A stretch of 64,000 nucleotides of DNA from an uncultured Chloroflexia bacterium (lineage in GTDB: Bacteria > Chloroflexota > Limnocylindria > Limnocylindrales > CSP1-4), in contig CAVZLW010000002.1 in the NCBI GenBank assembly GCA_963776285.1, positions 235,251 to 299,250 on the forward strand. The letters are read 5' to 3'. The notes beneath the pieces are model-generated. The model saw only the letters and a program-made list of their open reading frames with translations. It ran no database searches and was not told where the DNA came from. Both the position numbers and the translations under genes were made by a program. Below are positions 57,143-64,000 of the stretch, one piece after another. Position 1 is the first letter of the stretch; each line of letters opens with the position of its first letter.

Positions 57143-58453
57143 CTACTTGGGCAGCTCGCCGTTGATGCCCTCGGCCCACCACTTCATGCAGACCGTGCAG
57201 GGGTTGCCCGGGGCACCGGGCGGGAACTGGTCGAGGTCGGCCTGGACGAGCTTCTGGCCCGCCGCGAGGATCTGCTTGCCGGTGTTGTCCTTGATCGGGC
57301 CGGCGAAGACGTCGAAGCGGTTGAACTGGCCCGCGAGCATCTTGGCGAGGGTGTCCTTGACCATCTGGACGTCAGCCGCCGGGAGGTCCTTGACGCCGGG
57401 CTGGGGGGTCTGGCCGTCCATGAAGCCGAAGAGGCCCAGGGACTTCGAGTCAGCGTCGAAGTACTCGTAGCCGGCCTTGTACGTCTTGGCCTTGACCTGA
57501 TCCGCGATCCGCGCGTACTCGGGACCCCAGATCCAATACGGCGCCGTCAGGCAGCGTTCCACCTTGCAGGAGCCGAAGTAGTCGTACGTGATGCCCCATT
57601 TGCCCTTCTCCTGGGCCACGTCGGCCACCGCCGGCGTGTCGGCGCCGGTGAGGACCACCTGGGCGCCCGCGTCGAAGAGCGAGGCCGCGGCGTTCTTCTC
57701 CGCGACCGGATCGTGCCAGGTGTTGATCAGGCGGACATCCATCGTGCATTCGGGGCAGGTCTTCTTGGCGCCCAGCATGAACGCGTTGCCGAGGCGGAGC
57801 TCCTCGGGGATGGGGAAGGTGGCCATGTAGCCCAGCTTCGGGTTGCCGTCGAGCTTGGCCCGCGACCCGGCCAGCATCCCGGCGAGGTACTTCATGTCCT
57901 CGACGGCGCCCATCAGGTTGCCGAAGTTCTTGCCGTTCGACTTGTACCCGGTCAGGTGCAGGAAGGTCTGGTTCGGGAACTCCTCGGCGACGGTGGCCAT
58001 GGGATCCATGTAGCCGAAGCTCGTGCCGACGACCAGGTCGAAGCCCTTGCGCGCCAGGCTTCGGAACACCTGCTCCGAGGTCGGCTCCGGGACGTTCTCG
58101 ATGTAGGCGATGTGGGTATCGGCGACGTGCTCGCACAGGTAGACCAGGCCGTCGTAATGGGCCTGGCTCCAGCCGCCGTCGTTGTGCGGCCCGATGAGGA
58201 CCATCGCGACGTTGAACTTGCCGGCGACGACGTCGGGGATCTGGGTCCCCGCCGCCGCTCCGGCCTCGCACGAAGCGGCGCTCGACGCGGCGGGACTCTC
58301 GCTCGCCGGCGCGGCGCTGGCCGGCGCGGCGCTCGCCGGCGCGGCGCTTGCGGCTGATGCCGCGGGGCTCGCGGTCCCGCCGCCAGAGCAGGCGCTCACC
58401 AGCAGCACCCCCGCACCCAGCAGGGCAAGGGGCGTCCGGAGTCGGGTGGCCAT
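57143..58453 (-). CDS. BMP/PnrA-family substrate-binding lipoprotein
   Basis: Lipobox LVSAC, Pro/Ala/Ser linker (ASAAP repeats), DGGWSQAHY.G, GTSFGY, YLAGMLAG, W.DP..E. Confidence 0.92.
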   Translation of the reverse strand: MATRLRTPLALLGAGVLLVSACSGGGTASPAASAASAAPASAAPASAAPASESPAASSAASCEAGAAAGTQIPDVVAGKFNVAMVLIGPHNDGGWSQAHYDGLVYLCEHVADTHIAYIENVPEPTSEQVFRSLARKGFDLVVGTSFGYMDPMATVAEEFPNQTFLHLTGYKSNGKNFGNLMGAVEDMKYLAGMLAGSRAKLDGNPKLGYMATFPIPEELRLGNAFMLGAKKTCPECTMDVRLINTWHDPVAEKNAAASLFDAGAQVVLTGADTPAVADVAQEKGKWGITYDYFGSCKVERCLTAPYWIWGPEYARIADQVKAKTYKAGYEYFDADSKSLGLFGFMDGQTPQPGVKDLPAADVQMVKDTLAKMLAGQFNRFDVFAGPIKDNTGKQILAAGQKLVQADLDQFPPGAPGNPCTVCMKWWAEGINGELPK

Positions 58454-58741
58454 CGTGTGCTCTCCTCCAAGCGGTCACCTAGGCGGGTCGACGAGGCGCG
58501 CCGGGGGGCGCAGCGGCGCGACCTGCCTCCCGGCGACGGGCCCCGGCCCGGGCCGGATCACGCCCCGCAAGGATAGCCCCCGGCGGGCGCCGCCGAAGGG
58601 CCGTTGCGCCCGCATCCCGGGTCGGGTCGGTCCCCGGGTGGTTGCGGTCGGGTCACGAATCCCGGCCACCTGCACGAGCCCGGCGTCGCGTCCGACGGGC
58701 GCGCCCGACCGGACGGCCACGTTTCCGATACGCTCGGCCAG

Positions 58742-60016
58742 ATGTTCGAACGCACGGCGCTGCCCGATGGGCCTCGCGTCATCTCCGCGCGGCTCCCGGG
58801 ATCGCGGTCGGTCACGATCGAGGCGCACGTCCTGGCCGGCTCCCGGCACGAGGACGTCGACCAGGCCGGCTGCGCCCACTTCATGGAGCACCTCACGTTC
58901 AAGGGGACACGCGCGTTCCCCACGACCCGCGCGCTCTCCGAGGCCGTCGAGGGGATCGGCGGGACGTTCAACGCCTCGACCGATCGCGAGTCCACCGTCT
59001 ACTACGTGCGCGTCCCGGCCCGGCACGCCGCGCTGGGCATGGCGGTCCTCGGGGAGCTTGTCGCGCGGCCGCTGCTCGACGAGAAGGAGATCGAGCAGGA
59101 ACGCGACGTCATCGTCGAGGAGATCCGCTCCTACCTCGACGACCCCGCCGAGCATGTCAACGTCCTCTTCGACCTGGCCGTCTTCGACGACACCCCGCTG
59201 GGGCGGGAGATCGCCGGGACCGAGCAGAGCGTCCGGACCCTCCCGGCCGATGCGATCCACCGCTTCTGGGGCACGTACTACCGGCCCGCGAACGTGGTCG
59301 TCGCGGCCTCCGGCGACATCGCCCATGCCGAGGTCGTCGACCTGGCCGCGGGGGCGTTCGGGACCGGGAACGGAGCCCGTCCTGCCTACGCGCCGGCGCC
59401 CGCGATCCCGGCCGGCGACCGGTTCGTGCGGGCGACGCGCGCCACCACCCAGGCGCAGCTGATCGTCGGCGTGCCGGGCCTGCCGCGCGACCACCCCGAC
59501 CAGTGGGCCCTCTCCGTCCTCAACGCGGTCCTCGGCGACGGGATGTCGAGCCGCCTCTTCCTCGAGGTCCGCGAGGAGCGCGGGCTGGCGTACGACGTGG
59601 GGAGCTCCATCGTGAGCTATGCCGACGCGGGCGTCGTGTCGGTGTACGCCGGGGTCGACCCGGGCAAGATCCGGCCGACGATCGCGGCGGTCCTCGAGGA
59701 GCTCGCTCGCCTGCGCGACGAGCAGGTCTCCGGCGCCGAGCTCGCCAAGGTCAAGGCCTACCTCGCCGGCCGGCTCGAGCTCCGCCTGGACGAGACCCGC
59801 TACCTCGCCTCGTGGATCGGCACCCAGGAGGCGCTCCACGACCGGGTCATGACGCCCGACGAGGCGCTCGCCGCGATCGACGCGGTGGCTGCCGAGGACG
59901 TGAGCGGGCTCGCCGCCCGGCTCTTCCACGACGACGGCCTCCGCCTCGCGGTGGTCGCCCCTGCAGGCAAGGGACGGGCCCTGGAGCGGACGCTCCGGAT
60001 CCCGGGGCCCGGATGA
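58742..60016 (+). CDS. M16 (pitrilysin) family peptidase
   Basis: Inverted zincin motif [45 protein letters not shown]. Confidence 0.94.
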   Translation: MFERTALPDGPRVISARLPGSRSVTIEAHVLAGSRHEDVDQAGCAHFMEHLTFKGTRAFPTTRALSEAVEGIGGTFNASTDRESTVYYVRVPARHAALGMAVLGELVARPLLDEKEIEQERDVIVEEIRSYLDDPAEHVNVLFDLAVFDDTPLGREIAGTEQSVRTLPADAIHRFWGTYYRPANVVVAASGDIAHAEVVDLAAGAFGTGNGARPAYAPAPAIPAGDRFVRATRATTQAQLIVGVPGLPRDHPDQWALSVLNAVLGDGMSSRLFLEVREERGLAYDVGSSIVSYADAGVVSVYAGVDPGKIRPTIAAVLEELARLRDEQVSGAELAKVKAYLAGRLELRLDETRYLASWIGTQEALHDRVMTPDEALAAIDAVAAEDVSGLAARLFHDDGLRLAVVAPAGKGRALERTLRIPGPG

Positions 60017-60882
60017 CCCCGCGGGCGCCCGGGATGACGCCGCCGGCCTCAGCGGATCGGGACGGCGAGCGGACCGCTCTCCGGCTGGCGCACCTGCACC
60101 TGCGCTGCAGCATGCACGCCCTGGCCCGGGTCGAGCTCGAGACGCTCGCCGGTGCGGACCGCCTGGACCGGGACGCGGTCCTGGACCTTGCCGAGGTCCG
60201 CTGGCGGACGGGCGACCTGCAGGGCGCGTCGGCGGCGGCGGCCGCCTGGCTCGCCGAGGGAGGCGCCGGCGAGCAGCTGGTCCTGGCCCACGTGATCTCC
60301 GCCGAGGCAGCTGCCGACCACGGTCTCGTCGACGAGGCCGCCGCGCACGTGGAGGCGGCCGCCGCAGGGCTGGTCGACCGTGCCGCGCTCGACGCGATCC
60401 TCGCCGGCATCGCCGCGCGGGCCGCCTGGCCATGGGAGGCGGACCCGCCGCCGGACCCGCTGCCGGACGCGCCCCGGGCGCTGCCTGCGGCGGGTGCGCC
60501 AACGGGCGAGCCTCCGCCGCCCATCTCGCCGGCACCGGGCCCCGGACCGGCACCCGGCGCTCCTCCACCTCCGCCTGCGCCCGCCACGCGCGGGGCGACC
60601 GAGCTGGCCCTGGCCGCCGGCGCGCTGATCGCCGACGAGCCCGGGCGGGCGGCGGTGCTCCTCGCCCTTGCCGTGCGGGCCGACCCGGCGGTCGCCGAGG
60701 CCGTGCTCGCCACGCTCGACGCCATGCCGCCGGCGCCTGGCCAGGATGCGCCATTCATGCTCGTACGGGCCGAGGCGCTCCACGCGGCCGGACGCCACGA
60801 AGAGGCGCGGATCGCCTACGCTTCCGCCGAACGTCTCGCCCTCGCGCCGGCCGAGGCCGGCCCTCCAGGGAGCCCCCAGTGA
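60013..60882 (+). CDS. Hypothetical helical-repeat (TPR-like) protein
   Basis: ATGA overlap with the M16 gene and GTGA overlap with ndk. Ala-rich helices ([24 protein letters not shown]) separated by a Pro-rich linker. Confidence 0.65.
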   Translation: MTPRAPGMTPPASADRDGERTALRLAHLHLRCSMHALARVELETLAGADRLDRDAVLDLAEVRWRTGDLQGASAAAAAWLAEGGAGEQLVLAHVISAEAAADHGLVDEAAAHVEAAAAGLVDRAALDAILAGIAARAAWPWEADPPPDPLPDAPRALPAAGAPTGEPPPPISPAPGPGPAPGAPPPPPAPATRGATELALAAGALIADEPGRAAVLLALAVRADPAVAEAVLATLDAMPPAPGQDAPFMLVRAEALHAAGRHEEARIAYASAERLALAPAEAGPPGSPQ

Positions 60883-61337
60883 GCGAACGCAGCCTCGTCC
60901 TGATCAAGCCCGATGGCGTCCAGCGCCTCCTCGTCGGCCGCGTCATCGCTCGCTTCGAGGACAAGGGCCTCAAGCTCGTGGGCCTCAAGCTGGTCCGGGT
61001 GGGCCGCGAGCTCGCCGAGGAGCACTATGCCGTCCACCGTGAGCGGCCCTTCTTCGCCGGCCTCGTCGAGTTCATCACGTCGAGCCCTCTCGTGGCCATG
61101 GCGGTCGAGGGGCCCAACGCGATCGCCGTGACCCGTGCCATGGTCGGTGCGACGCGCCCCTGGGAGGCGGCACCCGGGACGATCCGCGGCGACTTCGCGG
61201 TCGTCGTGGCCCAGAACCTCATCCATGCCTCGGACGGCCCCGAGACGGCAGCCGCCGAGCTCGCCCTGTGGTTCCCCGAAGGCACCCTGGACTACGCGCG
61301 CGACGTCGATCGCTGGGTGCTCTCGCCCGAGGGCTGA
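60879..61337 (+). CDS. ndk: Nucleoside-diphosphate kinase
   Basis: [41 protein letters not shown]. Confidence 0.96.
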   Translation: MSERSLVLIKPDGVQRLLVGRVIARFEDKGLKLVGLKLVRVGRELAEEHYAVHRERPFFAGLVEFITSSPLVAMAVEGPNAIAVTRAMVGATRPWEAAPGTIRGDFAVVVAQNLIHASDGPETAAAELALWFPEGTLDYARDVDRWVLSPEG

Positions 61338-61356
61338 GCAGGACGGCCTGCGGAGC

Positions 61357-61390
61357 CCCGGATCAGCCCGGCCCGGATCAGCCCGGCCCG
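61357..61390. repeat. 15-bp direct duplication between convergent genes
   Basis: CCCGGATCAGCCCGG at 61357-61371 and 61372-61386, plus a partial copy. Confidence 0.7.
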
Positions 61391-61424
61391 CACGGGTGTC
61401 GCCCGCCCTGCGGCTCCGGCGCCT

Positions 61425-63023
61425 CTACGGCGTCGGTGCGACCGACGCCCCAGGCGTCGCCGGCGGCCCAGGTTCCGCCGGCAGCGCCGGCGCCTCGGTG
61501 GGCGTCACGACCGGCGGCAGGTCGGGCGTCGGCTCGGCCGGCACGGGGATGGCGATGCCCGGTCTGGCGGCCGCCTCGCGAGTCCCGAATGCGCCGACCG
61601 CGGCCATCAGGGCCAGGCCGGCGAGGACCACCACCAGGAGAGCGCGAAGCGGCGTCCGGTTCATCTCGAGGAGCGGCCGCGTCTCGCGGGCCGCCGCGCG
61701 CAGCGTCGCCCTGCGCCGCCCGCCGGGGCCGCGCAGGGCGCGGCCCGCGGCCCGCAGGCCGGCCGGGACCCGGGCGAGCTCGCCGGCCGCGGCCGCGACG
61801 CGAGGCTCCGGGCGGCCGAAGCCCGTCCCGAGGACCCGGGCGATGGCGACCGCCGCACCGAGCGAGGCGAGCGAGGCGACCACCAGGGCGGCGCCGGAGG
61901 TGGCCGACTCGAGCGCGTCCAGGCGTGCGTCCCAGACGAGGAAGCCGGGCCAGCCGACGGTGGCGACGCCGATGCCGGCGAGGGCGGCACCGAGCGCGGG
62001 TGCCCGCCGGAGCCAGCCCCGCGCCTCGGACAGGCGCGTCGTCCCGAACGCGGCGCGGAAGGCGATGGTCCATCCGACGAGCGCCGTGCGGCTGGCCACG
62101 AACGGAACGACCCACGCCCGGACGGCATCCCGCCCGAGCGGGTCCAGCGAGGAATAGCCGAGCACCACGACGCCGGCGTCCAGGACGATGGTGTAGGCCA
62201 CGATCCGCAGCAGGTCGTCCTGGATCAGCGCGGCGAACGTGCCCAGCACCAGCGTCGCGAGCCCGACCAGCACCAGCAGGGTGCCGTCCCACCCGAGCAC
62301 GGGCGCGGCCGGCCCCAGGGTGTCGGAGGCCCAGCCGACGAGGACCACGACCCACGCGGCCGGAAGGAGCGCGAGGAGCGTGGGCAGCGTGGATGCCGGG
62401 GCCGTGTCGGTGAGGCGGGCGACGCGCGCGTGGAGCGGGATCGCCCCGAACCGGTGACCGAGGGCAAGCCCCGCGGCCACGGCTGCCAGGCCGGCGACCT
62501 GTGGCTGGACCGCGAGGCCGCCGATCGCCTCGGGGACCAGGCTGACGGCGACCAGGCCGACGGTCGTGGCCACCGTCGCGCCGCGCAGCTCCCGGGCGAG
62601 CGCCCGGACGCGAGGCGGCGTGGCCGGGTGGGAGAGGGCGACGGCGGCGGTCAGGACGGCGGCCGTCCCCGCCGCCAGAAAGCCGGCCGTGGCGCCGGCG
62701 ACTCCGAGGGCGAGCCCGAGGCCCGCCGCAGCCACCAGCAAGACCGCGGGCCCGGCCGCCTCCCACGTGGAGAGCCTGCTCACCACCAGCACGCCGAACC
62801 CGCTCGCGAGCCCGATGCCGAGGAGGATCCGCGAGTAGCCGGTCAGCGCCAGCGCCCCGCCGCCGACGAGCAGCGGGTCGCCCGGCTCGCTCAGCACGAG
62901 CGTCGCCAGAGCTGCCGCCACGGCAACCAGGCCCACCAGGCTGCCGGAGCGTCGCCGCCCGCGCATCGCGAGCGCAGCCAGCGCCCCCACGGTGCTGACC
63001 GCGAGGAACGGCAGGAGGCTCAC
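61425..63023 (-). CDS. Divergent proton-conducting antiporter-like membrane subunit (NuoN/MrpD/HyfB fold)
   Basis: Many TM segments; RFGAIPLH.....AP, ALIQDDLLRIVAY, L..ARGWLRRAP, GWPG. Confidence 0.7.
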   Translation of the reverse strand: MSLLPFLAVSTVGALAALAMRGRRRSGSLVGLVAVAAALATLVLSEPGDPLLVGGGALALTGYSRILLGIGLASGFGVLVVSRLSTWEAAGPAVLLVAAAGLGLALGVAGATAGFLAAGTAAVLTAAVALSHPATPPRVRALARELRGATVATTVGLVAVSLVPEAIGGLAVQPQVAGLAAVAAGLALGHRFGAIPLHARVARLTDTAPASTLPTLLALLPAAWVVVLVGWASDTLGPAAPVLGWDGTLLVLVGLATLVLGTFAALIQDDLLRIVAYTIVLDAGVVVLGYSSLDPLGRDAVRAWVVPFVASRTALVGWTIAFRAAFGTTRLSEARGWLRRAPALGAALAGIGVATVGWPGFLVWDARLDALESATSGAALVVASLASLGAAVAIARVLGTGFGRPEPRVAAAAGELARVPAGLRAAGRALRGPGGRRRATLRAAARETRPLLEMNRTPLRALLVVVLAGLALMAAVGAFGTREAAARPGIAIPVPAEPTPDLPPVVTPTEAPALPAEPGPPATPGASVAPTP

Positions 63024-63036
63024 CCTCGCGCGCCGT

Positions 63037-63690
63037 TCAGGCGCCCGGCCGGCGTGGCCGGGTGACGTCCATGGCGATCGGGAGGCGCGACCGCGCGGCA
63101 TCCCCGGCCATCGCTCGTTCGCCGGCGGCCGTGGCAGCCGACGCGGCGAGGACGGCGACCGCGCCGGCCAGGCAGGCGAGGGCGACGCCGGCCACGAGGG
63201 ACTCCAGGGCCGTGGGGGTCCCGACGAGACCGCTGCGCAGGAGGAGCCCGCCGTCGAGGAGCACGATCAGCGCCGCGCCCAGCCGAAACGCGCCACCGGC
63301 GCGGGCGACCGCCGGGATCGACACGGTGAGACATGCGAGCGCCGCGGCGAGGGCGCCTGCCGGGCCGAACGGGGGCAGTCCGACGGCCGTCGCCCCGAGG
63401 CCTGCCGTGAACGCCGCGGCGGCGGCGGCAAGCGCGGCCGGCAGGCCGAGCGGCGAGGCGGCGTCGTGCTCGGCGCGACGCGCCGCCACGACGAGCAGAT
63501 AGCCGGCCAGCACGGCCGCCACGATCCGGAAGGCGAGCTCCGGCGAGGCGGGCAGCGGATCGGCCAGGAAGGGTGAGAAGACGAGCGCCACCAGGACGCC
63601 ACCCGACGCCGCGCGCGGATCTCGCGCGCCAATGGCGACGGCGCCCCCGAGGGCCACGACCGCGCCTGCCGCGACGAGGAGCCAGGTCAC
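63037..63690 (-). CDS. Hypothetical multi-TM membrane protein
   Basis: Very hydrophobic 217-aa ORF with a GTGA overlap with the lepB stop. Confidence 0.6.
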   Translation of the reverse strand: MTWLLVAAGAVVALGGAVAIGARDPRAASGGVLVALVFSPFLADPLPASPELAFRIVAAVLAGYLLVVAARRAEHDAASPLGLPAALAAAAAAFTAGLGATAVGLPPFGPAGALAAALACLTVSIPAVARAGGAFRLGAALIVLLDGGLLLRSGLVGTPTALESLVAGVALACLAGAVAVLAASAATAAGERAMAGDAARSRLPIAMDVTRPRRPGA

Positions 63691-64000
63691 GGTGCGGCCG
63701 GGCTTGGCCTCGCGTCGCCGTTCCCGACGGGGGCCGGGTACACGGGCGTGGGAAGGATTCCCAGGGTGGAGATGGGCCAGTACCGAAGCCAGGCGCGACC
63801 GATGACGGTGCTGAGCTGGATCGCTCCGAAAGCCCGCGAGTCGGCCGACGCGGCCCGGTGGTCGCCCATCACGAAGAGCTCGTCGGGAGGCACCACCCAG
63901 CGGGCCGGCGCGTCGGCGGTCGTCGGCTGGTGGTCGAAGACGTAGGGCTCGTCGAGGCGATTGCCGTCGATGTAGACGGCACCCTCCTTGATCTCGACCG
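63687..64000 (-). CDS. lepB: Signal peptidase I (3' part; 5' end lies outside the window)
   Basis: VYIDG.RLDEPY, VP..ELFVMGDHRAASADSRAFG, IGRAWLRYWP. Confidence 0.92.
   Translation of the reverse strand, partial: VEIKEGAVYIDGNRLDEPYVFDHQPTTADAPARWVVPPDELFVMGDHRAASADSRAFGAIQLSTVIGRAWLRYWPISTLGILPTPVYPAPVGNGDARPSPAAP

Noticed and set aside
58295-58352. 15-nt repeats in the BMP gene (and 18-nt repeats at about 46757-46810)
   Set aside because: They encode ordinary Pro/Ala/Ser linkers or tails and are not separate elements.
58454-58741. Purine or other riboswitch upstream of the BMP transporter
   Set aside because: No recognisable aptamer consensus. Only a -10-like TATCCT (58574-58569, minus) and a GC-rich leader are visible; an Rfam scan would be needed.
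1-64000. Mobile elements, prophage, tRNA/rRNA, recognised defence systems
   Set aside because: No transposase, integrase, phage structural, nuclease-effector or structural-RNA signatures were seen, and composition is uniform.

Overview
Very GC-rich bacterial chromosomal window with about 58 densely packed CDS. Gene content and leaderless promoters suggest a monoderm Chloroflexota/Actinomycetota-like organism (inference; no marker gene is present). No rRNA, tRNA, CRISPR array, transposase or integrase was seen. Recognisable blocks in order: class II fba with a SorC-family regulator; a DUF2089/DUF4097/SHOCT envelope-stress operon; a class III cyclase-STAND-TPR protein; yyaL; a MarR-controlled heterodimeric ABC exporter; tatA; an AlaDH/CEOS-like enzyme with a divergent ClpP; DoxX; an lhr-nei repair operon with a probable SOS box; a cyanophycin locus; M20 peptidase-ridA, azlCD, ggt, two degV and gdh; a PLDc_N-ABC operon; coaX-coaBC-panB-panC; a BMP-type ABC importer; M16 peptidase-ndk; and lepB with an antiporter-like subunit. 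The best novelty candidate is the cyanophycin locus. Canonical cphB-cphA faces a convergent CphA paralogue that keeps an N-domain-like start and the Mur-ligase domain but lacks the whole ATP-grasp domain. The locus is flanked by several amide hydrolases and has no recognisable isoaspartyl dipeptidase. Other signals: pervasive leaderless promoters, a triple palindromic MarR operator, a 48-aa coupled small ORF, active-site variants of CoaBC and ClpP, and two or three single-base frameshifts in the first 10 kb (possibly assembly errors). All calls are by eye from motifs; no database searches were run.
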